DNA of 64,000 bases from Anaerolineales bacterium. GTDB lineage: Bacteria; Chloroflexota; Anaerolineae; Anaerolineales; DRKV01. The notes under the pieces were generated by a model. That model was not told the DNA's origin. It ran no database searches and saw only the letters and a program-made list of their open reading frames with translations. The position numbers and the translations under genes are program-made. This document shows, piece by piece, positions 30,509-41,115 of the stretch. The stretch is taken from assembly GCA_034429745.1 (NCBI GenBank), contig DAOUFY010000014.1:23538-87537 (forward strand), written 5' to 3'. How positions within the stretch are numbered: the first letter of the stretch is position 1; the number at the start of each line of letters is the position of its first letter.

Positions 30509-32407
30509 ATGAAAAACTTTTTGAATAAACCACAATTAATAACAAGACAGCAACTGTTTGAAATGATCTTTGTCATTGTCTTGATGGCTAGTGCGTCAGC
30601 TATGAGTGCTGCGCTTGTTCAGCGCAATCCCAACGTTACTGGTGATGGTTTGCAATATACAAGTGTGGTCTTCAATGCGCTGCAAGGTTATGGTTACCGT
30701 AATTTGCCGAATATGACTTGGCTGACAGAGCCGGGCTACGGCCTGCTGACTTATTTGATGACTATTCTTGTTCAGGACAGTGAATTGGGCGGTATGCTCG
30801 TCTCGTTGGTTGCTTATGTGCTGCTTATCGCAGCTGTCTATATCACTGTACGCAGGCTGAGCTCTGCGCTCAGCGCGGCAGTAGCTGCTTTATTGGTTGC
30901 TTTTTACCCTTACTTGCTGACCTTTTCTTGGCTGAACCTTACAGATAGTGCTTATACTTTCTTTCTCTTTTTATGCTTTTCGGTTTATTCCCGCTTGCTA
31001 TTGGGTGAAGGCAGATGGGGTTCTGCACTTGCCCTCGGTGTTTTGCTTGGTTGCACCACGTTGATTAGACCTGAGGGGTACGGGGCAGCACTGCTGGCTG
31101 TGGTAAGCTTGATTGTGGTTAAGCTCATCGAACTGAACAAACAAAAGAAAAAGCGGTTAGAGCTAAAAGAAGTTTGGCAAGCAGTTAGCCCCACACTTTT
31201 AAGTGCCATCATCTTTAGCATGATCATGTTTTCTTTTTTGGTATTTATTCACCAGTTGACAGGCGCCTGGGTGATTACTCCTAAGACGCCTAATCTAGTG
31301 GCTGCAACTCAGCCAACAAATGCTTCTGAACTGCCATTGGATTTGGAAACGATAGAGAATCAAGATACTTTGTCAGGGGAGGCAGAGAAGGAATTATCCG
31401 CTGCTGCTAATGGCAATCAAGCATTATCATCTGCAGCTAAGGAACGGCAAGCAAAGCTCGACATCCTGCCGCTTTCAGTAGCTCGGATCAGCAAAAATTG
31501 GTTAATGTGGCTGAGCTATTTTAGTGCGATGGGCGTGCAGCCGCTTTTGCCTGTTGTGGTCGTGGGATTGATCTCAGCTACGGTCAGCAATCTCCTAAAG
31601 CGGAAAGCAAAGCGGCAAAGGCAGCCGAAAACCGCGCGCTCTGCGCGAAAGACTACCGCATTGCCATTGATGGAGTGGGAAAAACCTGGCTTTTGGCAGG
31701 AACGCGGCGGCAGTTGGAGGGATAAAAAAATCCTTTTAGCTTGTTTGGTGTTCTTTGCCACATCTGCTGTATATCTGACCACAAACTTAATGTATCGTTA
31801 TTTGCTGCCTTATATGGTGTATGTAATTATGCTGCTGAGTTTGTTCATTGGACATTGGGTTACAGCTTTGCGCCTTTGGTTTGCTCCAAAGTCAGCGGCA
31901 ATGTTTTCTGTTGGCAGTGTGTTAGCGGTAGGGTTGTGTTATTTCTTTGCTCTTTCGCCAAGCGGCACCCTGTTTCTTTCTCGTGCCTTAGCCCTGCCGC
32001 AGATGAATTCGCTGCCCCAGGTGATGAACATTAAGCATCTGAACCTAGGAGCTCGGGCAGCCGGCATCTGGATGAGAGATCATCTATCCTACAACGATAG
32101 CGTGTTTATTGCCGCAAGCAAAAATACTCAAAATGGTTGTTATCTCATTCTTTATCAGATGTTTAATCGTCAGTTTCCCATCAAAGGGCGCTGTGTTTCT
32201 GCCTTTACTATGGATGAAGTTCGCCGCTTTCTTAAAGCAGGGGGGGATTATGTAATCTTAGATGACGATTCGATTGGCTATGCTGTTGGGCTGCAACCAC
32301 TGTGGAAAAATCCAGCTTTAGCAGCTGATGTCGGGTTAGAATTGGTTCATCAAGATGAGGGCGGAGCTTTTCAGGTATATCGAAATATCATAAGTGCAAG
32401 TAGATAA
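30509..32407 (+). CDS. GT-C fold glycosyltransferase (family 39 / ArnT-PMT_2-like) integral membrane protein
   Basis: 632 aa with more than 10 TM helices, a first-loop acidic motif (TGDGLQYT) and a RPEGYG loop typical of ArnT/PMT-like enzymes. Contains low-complexity insertions. Family call is moderate. Confidence 0.55.
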   Translation: MKNFLNKPQLITRQQLFEMIFVIVLMASASAMSAALVQRNPNVTGDGLQYTSVVFNALQGYGYRNLPNMTWLTEPGYGLLTYLMTILVQDSELGGMLVSLVAYVLLIAAVYITVRRLSSALSAAVAALLVAFYPYLLTFSWLNLTDSAYTFFLFLCFSVYSRLLLGEGRWGSALALGVLLGCTTLIRPEGYGAALLAVVSLIVVKLIELNKQKKKRLELKEVWQAVSPTLLSAIIFSMIMFSFLVFIHQLTGAWVITPKTPNLVAATQPTNASELPLDLETIENQDTLSGEAEKELSAAANGNQALSSAAKERQAKLDILPLSVARISKNWLMWLSYFSAMGVQPLLPVVVVGLISATVSNLLKRKAKRQRQPKTARSARKTTALPLMEWEKPGFWQERGGSWRDKKILLACLVFFATSAVYLTTNLMYRYLLPYMVYVIMLLSLFIGHWVTALRLWFAPKSAAMFSVGSVLAVGLCYFFALSPSGTLFLSRALALPQMNSLPQVMNIKHLNLGARAAGIWMRDHLSYNDSVFIAASKNTQNGCYLILYQMFNRQFPIKGRCVSAFTMDEVRRFLKAGGDYVILDDDSIGYAVGLQPLWKNPALAADVGLELVHQDEGGAFQVYRNIISASR

Positions 32408-32431
32408 GCAAAAAGAAGCTCAAATCTGGTC

Positions 32432-32460
32432 TTGACATGAGATTTTATTGGTGATATACT
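32432..32460 (+). promoter_or_regulatory. Sigma70-type promoter candidate for the PstS-like gene
   Basis: TTGACA (32432-32437), exactly 17 nt spacer, TATACT (32455-32460), located 71 nt upstream of the start codon. Confidence 0.45.
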
Positions 32461-32530
32461 ACCTACTAATCCTACAGGTTAAGTAGGTTAATTAAGAGCC
32501 CATTTCTATATTTCTACTTAAGGAGAAAAG

Positions 32531-33520
32531 GTGATGAAAGAACCACAATCCAAACGAATAAAAGCAGTTTTGTCGTTGCTGTTCTGTGTTCTCGTTTTTG
32601 TAGGTTGTCAATCTGCTTCATCTGAATCACAAGCTCAAGGAAAAAGTGAAGGGGAAAAAACAGTTATTTCTGCTTCGGGTGCCTTTGCGATTTATCCTCT
32701 GATGGTACGTTGGGCAGAGGAATACCAAGCGTTGAATCCACAGGTGCAAATTGATGTTTCTGCAGGCGGGGCTGGCAAAGGCATGTCAGATGCAATAGCC
32801 GGGATGGTTGATATTGGCATGGTCTCGCGTGAGGTAAAGCCGGAAGAAGAGCAGCAAGGAGCTTTTAGCCTTGCGGTTGCCAAAGACGCGGTTTTTCCAA
32901 CCATCTCTGCTCAGAACCCTTACCTTCAAGAATTGCTTGCTAAAGGGGTAACGAAGGAAGAGTTTGCGAAGATTTATCTGTCTCAGAATCCAATCCGTTG
33001 GGGTGATGTGCTCAACAACCCGGCTGCCGATCAAACCATCAATGTCTATACTCGCTCGGATGCCTGTGGGGCAGCGGAAGTGTGGGCAAAATTTGTTGGC
33101 GGAAAAGCACAAGAAGATTTACAAGGGATTGGTGTTTCCGGTGATCCAGGCGTGGTAGATGCAGTGAAAAAGGACGCCTTAGGCATTGGCTATAACAATT
33201 TGAATTATGCCTTTGATCCGAGCAGCGGCAAGCCGGTTGCAGGCGTGGCTGTTCTGCCAATTGATTTGGATGGCAACGGCAAAGCTGATGAGCATGAGGT
33301 GCTTGAAACCAAAGGAGAAGCAGTCCAAGCAGTGGCTGAGGGTTGGTACCCTTCGCCCCCGGCACGTCCCCTATATTTAGTAACGAAGGGAAAACCAAGC
33401 GGCGCTGTGCGCGACTTTTTGCAATGGATTTTATCAGACGGACAAAAATACTTAGATGAGGTTGGCTATATTCCTTTGCCGGCGGAACAGTTGGCGAAAG
33501 AGCGTGAAAAACTGCAGTGA
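32531..33520 (+). CDS. PstS-family phosphate-binding lipoprotein (orphan, no pstCAB nearby)
   Basis: Lipobox LVFVGC. Type-2 PBP motifs SASGAFAIYPL, VSAGGAGKGMSD and DIGMVSRE typical of PstS-family binding proteins. Confidence 0.75.
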   Translation: MMKEPQSKRIKAVLSLLFCVLVFVGCQSASSESQAQGKSEGEKTVISASGAFAIYPLMVRWAEEYQALNPQVQIDVSAGGAGKGMSDAIAGMVDIGMVSREVKPEEEQQGAFSLAVAKDAVFPTISAQNPYLQELLAKGVTKEEFAKIYLSQNPIRWGDVLNNPAADQTINVYTRSDACGAAEVWAKFVGGKAQEDLQGIGVSGDPGVVDAVKKDALGIGYNNLNYAFDPSSGKPVAGVAVLPIDLDGNGKADEHEVLETKGEAVQAVAEGWYPSPPARPLYLVTKGKPSGAVRDFLQWILSDGQKYLDEVGYIPLPAEQLAKEREKLQ

Positions 33521-33569
33521 AGTTAATTTACAGTTTATTTGGTGGTAGAAAACCTTGCGCTTGCAAAGG

Positions 33570-34364
33570 TTAGGCGATGATCACTTGTACACCCAAAGCG
33601 CGCGCTGCCTCTATAAACGTAGGCGGCGCGTTGCGATCTACAACAAGGTGATGTATTTTTTCTATTGGTGCAACGGGCAGCAAACAGACTTGCTCAATTT
33701 TGGTGTGATCGCTTAGGACAATTAATTGCTTGCTAATGGAGATCATTTTTCGTTTGACTAGTGCCACCTCATAATCTGTGGAGGTCAGCCCATGCTGAAT
33801 CGAAATGCCATCCGTTCCCATGATGCATTTGAGTATATGAAAACGACTTAGGACTTCTGCAGCAATTTCGCCGCCAACAATTTCATAGCGCGGCAAAAAC
33901 AGCCCACCGCTGATGTATATGGTTGAATCGGGGCAGGTGGTTAGGATAGGAATGAGGTTAATGGCATTTGTAACAATCGTTAAATTTCGTTTGTTTGTTA
34001 ACTGTTGGGCAAAAAAGCCCATCGTGCTGCCACCATCGAGCAAGAGAATATCACCATCATCAATCAATGCTGCAGCAGCTTTGCTGATTGCTTCTTTTTC
34101 TTCTTTTAATGTTTCTTGACGAGCAGGCAATATTGATTTAGTGATAATGATTTGTTCATCGAACGATTCCGGCAGCATTGCGCCGCCGTAAGTGCGGCGC
34201 AGCAAACCGCGCTGTTCAAGCTCTGCTAAATCGAGGCGAATACTTGAGGGGCTAACATTGAATTGAGTTGCTAGATCGGCAACGAGAATTTTTTTATTTT
34301 CCATCAATTGTTCCATAATGAGCCGTAATCGTTCTTCTCTAAAATAGTCGCCCCGTTTTTGCAT
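33570..34364 (-). CDS. DeoR-family transcriptional regulator
   Basis: N-terminal wHTH (ERLRLIMEQLMENKKILVADLATQFNVSPSSIRLDLAELE) plus a C-terminal DeoR sugar-phosphate sensor domain (LLLDGGSTM.., TNAINL, GTDGIS). Confidence 0.85.
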   Translation of the reverse strand: MQKRGDYFREERLRLIMEQLMENKKILVADLATQFNVSPSSIRLDLAELEQRGLLRRTYGGAMLPESFDEQIIITKSILPARQETLKEEKEAISKAAAALIDDGDILLLDGGSTMGFFAQQLTNKRNLTIVTNAINLIPILTTCPDSTIYISGGLFLPRYEIVGGEIAAEVLSRFHILKCIMGTDGISIQHGLTSTDYEVALVKRKMISISKQLIVLSDHTKIEQVCLLPVAPIEKIHHLVVDRNAPPTFIEAARALGVQVIIA

Positions 34365-34564
34365 TTGCTTAATGTTTCCTTTCGTTAATTGTTTATTGTT
34401 GTTATTGTAAGAGGGAAAAGATGTTTTGTCAATTAGGATAGGGAGAGTAACGTTGCTGAGGAGATCGGCCGGCGATCCTGACCTTCATTCTCAGCTTCGC
34501 GCTGATATATCACGCTTCTTTATATTGAAGAGGTTTTTAAAGCCAACAACTGAAGGATTAATAC

Positions 34565-37384
34565 TCAGTCTTCTTGAGGAGGAATGTATGTCTGTGGGGT
34601 AATGCCGGCTTTAATGGCGCGGCTGATCTTTTGCAGCATTTGTTGGAGATCGATTAATTTGACTGGCTTATCTAGGTAATCATTCATGCCGGCGGCGAGA
34701 CATTTTTCGCGATCACCTTTCATTGCCATGGCTGTCATGGCAATGATAAACGGTTGCCTAGCAGGTTCGATTTCAGCTCGAATGTGTTGGGTAGCTTCGA
34801 GTCCGTCCATTTCAGGCATGTGCACATCCATTAACACAATATCATAGGATTGGCGTTTAATAGCAAGTAAAGCCTCAACACCATTGGAGGCTAAATCAGC
34901 TCGATAGCCAAGGCGTTTAAGTAATTGTGTGGCTACAATTTGATTGGTTGAATTATCTTCTACCAACAGAATATGCAGGGGCAAAATTTCTTCGGGTTCA
35001 ATAAGCTCACTTGGGAGTTGGTTGGAAGCTGCAGGCTCAAGGGCAATATCAGTTTTTTCTAACTGAACAGTAAAGGTAAAGGTTGAGCCCTTGCCGGGAA
35101 TACCTTCGCTTTCCGCCCAAATTTGCCCGCCCATCATTTCAACTAGCCGCTTGCAAATGGCTAACCCTAACCCGCTGCCGCCAAAAAGACGGGTAGTTGA
35201 GGTATCAACTTGACTGAAAGATTTAAACAGGAGATCAAGTTTGTTAGGGGGAATTCCTATACCGCTGTCGCGTATGCTGAAAAGCAGCTCATAGGTTTTT
35301 TCTGTTTCAGTTTGCAGCTGGGCGTGTAAAATAATTATCCCTTTTTCGGTAAATTTAATTGCGTTGTTAATCAGGTTGACGAGCACTTGGCGCAGTCGAG
35401 TTACATCTCCATTGACAGTTTGAGGAACATTTGGCTCAATGATGAGCTCAAAAGTAAGCCCTTTTTCGGCAATAAGTGGGTTGAATAGTGCTGCACTCTC
35501 CTCGATACAGTTGTGCAGATGAAAAGGATGTTTTTCTAAGGTTAACTTTCCCGACTCGATGCGAGAGAAATCGAGGATGTCATTGATAATGGAAAGCAAC
35601 GTTTCACTGCTCTTGCGGATGGTTTCAGCCCACATTTTTTGCTCATCATTAAGGGGGGAATCGATCAGCAAACTGCTTAAGCCGATGATGGCATTCATTG
35701 GGGTACGGATTTCATGGCTCATGTTGGCAAGGAATTCACTCTTGGCGCGGTTGGCTGCCTCGGCTTTTTCTGTTAAAATTTTAGCTTGCTGTATGGCTTC
35801 TGATAATTCTTGGTTTGCACGTTTTAAATTCTCTTCCGCTTTCCTTTGCTCGGTTATGTCGTTTCCGGCGCAGATGACGAAGCGTACATTGCCATCTGCA
35901 TCAAGCCAAGGTGTTTTTTTAATGGCGATCAATCGTCTTTCGCCTTGCACGTTCGTCAGCCATTCTTCGCAATAATAAGGGCGTTTTGTTTGAAAAACAA
36001 TCTGGTTGCTCTGCCGGCAAATCTCTGCTACATCAGGCGGGAAGAGCTCAGTGAGTTTTTTATATTCCATTTCGTTGGGAGCTTTGCCAAAAAAGTCAGC
36101 ATGAGCGCGGTTAACTTTGCCGTATGTATCCTCATTGGAAAGGAACCAGATTTGAGTATCAATGTTGTCAAGCAGCAGCTGCTGTTCTTTTGTCTGACGT
36201 TCTAGCCTGTGTTGTAACTCCCAACGCGCAGTCATATCAATAAACTGCCCAATGAAATACAATGGCTGATGAGTCTCATCGCGTACCAACGCCAAGCGCA
36301 AGAGAGCATGGATGCTATGCCCTTGTTTATGAATGTATTGTTTTTCTATGGTTACGTATTCTGCATTTCCATCGAGAAGTTGCTGGCGAGCAGCTTCGTT
36401 GTAGGGTATCTCTTCTGGCAAGGAAAGGTCGCGATAGTTTTTAGCAAGCATTTCCTCTTTGGTATAGCCTAAGGTTTGACAGAAGGCTTGGTTTACAGCT
36501 AAGTAGTTGCCTTGCAGGTCAGTTATTCCAATCGAAATGGGTGAGTGTTCAAAAACCTGGCGCAATTCTTCTTCATTCTTGCGCAAAGCCTGTTCCATTG
36601 TAATGCGCTGGGTGAGGTCTTGGACCAAAACCAAATAACCGCGATGCTGATGAAAATAAATAATTGGCGATATGGATACATGCAAATAAATCTTGCCCGA
36701 GCGGACAGTCTCATACAGGTTATGTGCTCTAACAAGGTCGAAATCAAAGAGTGACTCGTATTCGACGTTTTTGCCCGCCTTTAACTGGGCTTTTGCTTCA
36801 GCTGATATGTTGGGGTCATCAAATAGTTTAAAACCCTTGACTTGATCTACGCTGGAAATACCGAAGATTTCAAGGCAGGCGCGATTGACATCCAGCAGAG
36901 TGCCTTGGCTATCGTACAGTTCAATGCCGATTGGGGATTGATAATAAATATTTTGAAATAGTTCACGACTTTCCCAAAGTTCTTCTTGGGTTTGGATTAG
37001 ATCAGTGATGTCTTCAGCAATTCCGTAAGAAAAGAGAGGCTGCTGTCCATTTTTATCAAGTAAATAATTCCTTGTCCACACCCAGTGCACGCTTCGATCG
37101 GGCAGGATTATGCGGTATTTTTCGCTGAATTTGGCTGTAAAAAAGTGATTGAGGGTTTGCTGAATTTGAGGTTTATCTTCAGGATGAATATTGAAAAATA
37201 AAGATTGCGGATCTTCATGGAGCTGTTTTAAGTTGCCGCCCCACTTGGTTTCAAAAGCTTGGTTAATGTAAATAAATCGCTGATTTTGATGATCGAAAAG
37301 CCAGATGACTTCGCTAAACTGATCAAGCGCGCTCTTGATAAGCAGAAGGTTGTTTAGAGTAATGTTAGAAAAAAGGCGGTTCAT
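34565..37384 (-). CDS. Hybrid sensor histidine kinase / response regulator (4xPAS-HisKA-HATPase-REC)
   Basis: 939 aa. H-box [12 protein letters not shown]; [25 protein letters not shown]-terminal REC ([10 protein letters not shown].., [16 protein letters not shown]). Confidence 0.9.
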   Translation of the reverse strand: MNRLFSNITLNNLLLIKSALDQFSEVIWLFDHQNQRFIYINQAFETKWGGNLKQLHEDPQSLFFNIHPEDKPQIQQTLNHFFTAKFSEKYRIILPDRSVHWVWTRNYLLDKNGQQPLFSYGIAEDITDLIQTQEELWESRELFQNIYYQSPIGIELYDSQGTLLDVNRACLEIFGISSVDQVKGFKLFDDPNISAEAKAQLKAGKNVEYESLFDFDLVRAHNLYETVRSGKIYLHVSISPIIYFHQHRGYLVLVQDLTQRITMEQALRKNEEELRQVFEHSPISIGITDLQGNYLAVNQAFCQTLGYTKEEMLAKNYRDLSLPEEIPYNEAARQQLLDGNAEYVTIEKQYIHKQGHSIHALLRLALVRDETHQPLYFIGQFIDMTARWELQHRLERQTKEQQLLLDNIDTQIWFLSNEDTYGKVNRAHADFFGKAPNEMEYKKLTELFPPDVAEICRQSNQIVFQTKRPYYCEEWLTNVQGERRLIAIKKTPWLDADGNVRFVICAGNDITEQRKAEENLKRANQELSEAIQQAKILTEKAEAANRAKSEFLANMSHEIRTPMNAIIGLSSLLIDSPLNDEQKMWAETIRKSSETLLSIINDILDFSRIESGKLTLEKHPFHLHNCIEESAALFNPLIAEKGLTFELIIEPNVPQTVNGDVTRLRQVLVNLINNAIKFTEKGIIILHAQLQTETEKTYELLFSIRDSGIGIPPNKLDLLFKSFSQVDTSTTRLFGGSGLGLAICKRLVEMMGGQIWAESEGIPGKGSTFTFTVQLEKTDIALEPAASNQLPSELIEPEEILPLHILLVEDNSTNQIVATQLLKRLGYRADLASNGVEALLAIKRQSYDIVLMDVHMPEMDGLEATQHIRAEIEPARQPFIIAMTAMAMKGDREKCLAAGMNDYLDKPVKLIDLQQMLQKISRAIKAGITPQTYIPPQED

Positions 37385-37543
37385 AACCGTTTGTTTGATG
37401 CTGAATAAGTGAAATTATATTTAGGCTTATCTGGAATAATTATATCATTTTTGAAATCATTAGTAAATTAAGGATCAGAGTGAGAACACTCGTAATATAA
37501 TATAGGTAGATTGGTGTCGGGTTTTGGCGGAGGAGAAAACATT

Positions 37544-40500
37544 ATGGAAGAAATGATCGGAGAAGTCGTAGGTCGCTATCGAATAGAAGCTCATATTGGC
37601 GAAGGGGGCATGGCTGCTGTATATCGAGCTTATGACGAACGCCTTGATCGGCAGGTAGCGATAAAGTTTATTCGTTTCAGCGGTAGTACAGAAAGCATTA
37701 GTCCTGATTCATTGAAGCGGTTTGAGCGTGAAGCGCGTGCGTTAGCTAAATTGTCGCATCCAAATATCGTCAAAGTGTATGATTATGGTGAGCATAAAGG
37801 TGTTCCTTATTTGGTGATGGAATACCTGATGGGGGGTACGCTTCGTCAGCGTACGGGTTACCCAATGAATTACCGCGAAGCAGCCAAATTGCTGCTGCCT
37901 ATCGCCCGCGCTTTGGATTATGCTCATCGGCAAGGTATTATTCATCGCGATGTAAAACCTTCCAATATTTTGCTCACCGAAAGCGGCGAGCCAATGCTTT
38001 CAGATTTTGGAATAGCCAAACTGGTTTATAGCAAAGAAACGATCAGCTTAACAGGAGAAGGGGTATCCGTCGGCACGCCGGAATACATTGCTCCCGAGCA
38101 AAGTGTTGGAGCGGAACTTGATCAAAGGGCGGATATTTATTCTTTGGGTGTCATCTTATATGAGCTGATCACTGGACGCAAGCCCTACACCGCGGAGACC
38201 CCGGTAGCGGTTATGGTCAAGCATGTTGTTGAGCCTTTGCCGCATCCGAAAGCTTATGTCGCGGATTTGCCAGAGGAAGTTGAAGCTGTAGTGATCAAAG
38301 CGTTGGCTAAAAAGCCCCAGGATCGCTACAGCACGATGGCAGATTTTGCTCAAGTTTTAGAATCATTGCTCCATGCTCCTAGTGGAGATAAAGCTGGATC
38401 AGAGCTGAAAGCTGCCCTGCAGCAGCCAACCCAACCCAGCGATGTACAAGCTGTGAAAAGCAAAGTACAAGAATATGAACCAACCATCGATTCGTACTTA
38501 TCCCAATGGGAAGAAAAACCATCAACTCCAGAACAGTTGCCATCTCTAGGGGGAAGGCCCGTCATGGGTGCTGAGCGCAAAACCCCGCCTTCCTATCCGT
38601 CCATCAATCTTACTCAGCCAACAGAAGCTGCAGACAGTCAGAAAGCCCGACCTTGGCTGCCGCTTGGAGCATTGGCATTAGGCGTAGTTTTTGTAATCCT
38701 CCTGATCGGTGGAGCTATTATTTGGATATTACGCCCGCAACCGGAGCCACAGCAATTGACTGTTGTGCCTGCTACCCAAGAAATCACATCTGTCGCTCTA
38801 CCTGAGACTGCCACAATTCGCCCGTCAGATACTGCAACTCACTCGCCTGCGAGAGTTGAAGCAATGACCCTCATTGCAGAAAAAACTAGCGTAAAGGAAA
38901 CAATAGAACAACCTGAAGAAGACTCTAAGGCGTCGTATTTGCTTTTTGGACCTGCCAATGGGCGTTTGGTGCATCAAACCTCCAGCGATGGTTGTCTGCC
39001 GAATATGCGCTGTGCTCCTTTGCAGCAGTCTGCTGGGGTAAAAGTGCGCGATTTTATTGCTCAGGCGACATTTTACAACCCTTATCCAATAAAGCAAGGT
39101 ATATGGGATATAGGCTTTTTCTTCCGCAGCAAGTCACCCGATGAAGGCTATCGTTTAATTGTGCGTGCTGATTCGCGCTGGGAATTACGCGAAAAGTCAC
39201 CAGATGATGATTATGTGGTCGCAAGTGGGAAATTGCCGCCTAACATCTTAGATGATACCAGTGGTAGAACCAATCAACTTAAGCTGTTAGTCTATCAAAA
39301 GCAAGGGTATTTGGTGGTTAACGATCGTAATATTGTTGCGTTGAACCTTTCGTTGATTGAAGATGCCGGGGATGTTATTCTTGAAAGCGGAACTTCTGAA
39401 AACAGCCAACAACCAGGGCAAGCTACTCGATTTGAAGGGTTCACTGTATGGTCACTTCCATCTCCTCTCCAAATAGAGGAGGAAACGCTCACCTATCCAG
39501 CTGTTGGTGGAGAAATGGTGCGATTGCAGCAGGATGGAAAGTGGGATAATTTCATAGTCCGATTTGCCTTTTCGGTACCTTACCCTGCATACGTTGCTCC
39601 TTGGGAAGTTGGGCTAGCATTACGTAGTGTGAGTGAAGAAGAGGAATTTCGTTTGACAATTGCTTCTTCAACTGTTTGGGAGCTAGCTCAAAAGAAACCC
39701 AAAATTGTGCAGCCAACAGTACTTATTCAAGGAAAAGCAGGCGGCTTAATAAATATCAGAGAGGGAGAAAGCAACGAGGTGCTCATTTTTGCCTTAAAAG
39801 ATAAAGGTTTCTTTTACATAAATGGGCAGTTGGTGAAAGTGCTTGATCTATCTTCGCATCAGCGGGCAGGTGCATTAGCTGCAGTGCTAGGTTTTCATAA
39901 GGATAGCGGCTTGGCAGGCAGAACAGTAGTGATTCACTCGCTTGACGTGGTTGCTTTGCCTCAAATTGAGGAACAGCAGCAAGTCATGCTGGCGGCTACT
40001 CAATCAGCAGAACAGCTTGTTCAGCAGCAAACAGCAACACCTACACAAGCTCCATCTCAGCAGGAATTGATTCCACCCAAGAAAATAGAAATTGAACCAG
40101 ACGGCAGCTTAGCCCACCAAAATAAGGGTGTTCCTTTAACTGTGCCGCTATCAACTACAGTCAAAGACTTTTCAATTGAAGCTACGTTTTATAATCCATA
40201 TGCTGCTCCCCTAGGTACTTGGGATATAGGCTTTTATTTCCGTGATAATGGAGATCATCGTTATTGGCTGATTGTACGCGCCGATGCCAGCTGGCAGCTG
40301 ATTGAACAATTGCCATCCGAAACTAAAGTGATTGATAGTCATGAAAAACAAAAACGGAAAATGATTAATTTAGACAATACCAAGGATAAACCCAACAAAT
40401 TGCAGTTGATTGTACTGAACGAGCGCGGCTTTCTCTTTGTGAATGATAATTTTGGAGCAACCTTTGAAGTGAGCAGATGGCAAGAGCCTGGCGATTTGGG

Positions 40501-41098
40501 TTTGGTCGTTGGCTACCATCCGGGCAGTCAAAAGGAAGGTTATACAACTCGCTATGAAGGCTTATCAGCTTGGGAAATTGGCCAGCCAGGAGTTGGACCC
40601 ATGGAGGGTGAGTTTGCTCACGATGATGAAGAGAAAGTAAAGGAGCGCTTTGCCGGTGTCCAGGCAAAGAATTTCATCACAAGTGTGGTGGTTGAGAACC
40701 CTTATCCAGCCACGCGCGGCAATTGGGATGCTGGTATTGCTTTTCGTTCGGCAGGATTGGATGATCAATACCAAGTGTTAATTACATCGGGTCCTAAAGG
40801 AAGTTTTTGGTATTTTGGTAGCCGTCAACCACACTTGAAGGCAACATCGTGGTTGGCTCAGGGTCCATTGCCGGGTACAGTCAAGATGGGCTATCCAGCT
40901 GAAAACACACTCTATCTTTTTGCCCTACGCGAGAAAGGGTGGTTTATTGTCAATAATTCTTTAATTGGTGCGCTAGATTTGTATAATCGTCAGACGCCGG
41001 GTGATATTGCGGTCGGCAATGGCTTCTTACACAATTCAGAGATATCAGGTGAGTTCACGCGTTATAAGGAGTTTACTGTTTGGGAATTGCCGCGCTGA
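37544..41098 (+). CDS. Membrane Ser/Thr protein kinase with a ~790-aa ectodomain containing four tandem ~150-aa repeats
   Basis: ATG 37544 is preceded by GGAGGAG. Hanks motifs are GEGGMAAVY, VAIK, HRDVKPSN, DFG and GTPEYIAPE. Single TM at ~38654-38731. Repeats lie at ~38933-39462, 39491-39960, 40094-40578 and 40598-41095. Confidence 0.9.
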   Translation: MEEMIGEVVGRYRIEAHIGEGGMAAVYRAYDERLDRQVAIKFIRFSGSTESISPDSLKRFEREARALAKLSHPNIVKVYDYGEHKGVPYLVMEYLMGGTLRQRTGYPMNYREAAKLLLPIARALDYAHRQGIIHRDVKPSNILLTESGEPMLSDFGIAKLVYSKETISLTGEGVSVGTPEYIAPEQSVGAELDQRADIYSLGVILYELITGRKPYTAETPVAVMVKHVVEPLPHPKAYVADLPEEVEAVVIKALAKKPQDRYSTMADFAQVLESLLHAPSGDKAGSELKAALQQPTQPSDVQAVKSKVQEYEPTIDSYLSQWEEKPSTPEQLPSLGGRPVMGAERKTPPSYPSINLTQPTEAADSQKARPWLPLGALALGVVFVILLIGGAIIWILRPQPEPQQLTVVPATQEITSVALPETATIRPSDTATHSPARVEAMTLIAEKTSVKETIEQPEEDSKASYLLFGPANGRLVHQTSSDGCLPNMRCAPLQQSAGVKVRDFIAQATFYNPYPIKQGIWDIGFFFRSKSPDEGYRLIVRADSRWELREKSPDDDYVVASGKLPPNILDDTSGRTNQLKLLVYQKQGYLVVNDRNIVALNLSLIEDAGDVILESGTSENSQQPGQATRFEGFTVWSLPSPLQIEEETLTYPAVGGEMVRLQQDGKWDNFIVRFAFSVPYPAYVAPWEVGLALRSVSEEEEFRLTIASSTVWELAQKKPKIVQPTVLIQGKAGGLINIREGESNEVLIFALKDKGFFYINGQLVKVLDLSSHQRAGALAAVLGFHKDSGLAGRTVVIHSLDVVALPQIEEQQQVMLAATQSAEQLVQQQTATPTQAPSQQELIPPKKIEIEPDGSLAHQNKGVPLTVPLSTTVKDFSIEATFYNPYAAPLGTWDIGFYFRDNGDHRYWLIVRADASWQLIEQLPSETKVIDSHEKQKRKMINLDNTKDKPNKLQLIVLNERGFLFVNDNFGATFEVSRWQEPGDLGLVVGYHPGSQKEGYTTRYEGLSAWEIGQPGVGPMEGEFAHDDEEKVKERFAGVQAKNFITSVVVENPYPATRGNWDAGIAFRSAGLDDQYQVLITSGPKGSFWYFGSRQPHLKATSWLAQGPLPGTVKMGYPAENTLYLFALREKGWFIVNNSLIGALDLYNRQTPGDIAVGNGFLHNSEISGEFTRYKEFTVWELPR

Positions 41099-41115
41099 AC
41101 AAACCGCGTAGAAGG

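Noticed and set aside
34441-34500. Possible third locus of the hairpin repeat family (GAGGAGATCGGCCGGCGATCCTGACC)
   Set aside because: Only a ~25-nt patch resembles the unit (CCGGCC, CCTGACC). It is too short and degenerate to call without a genome-wide model.
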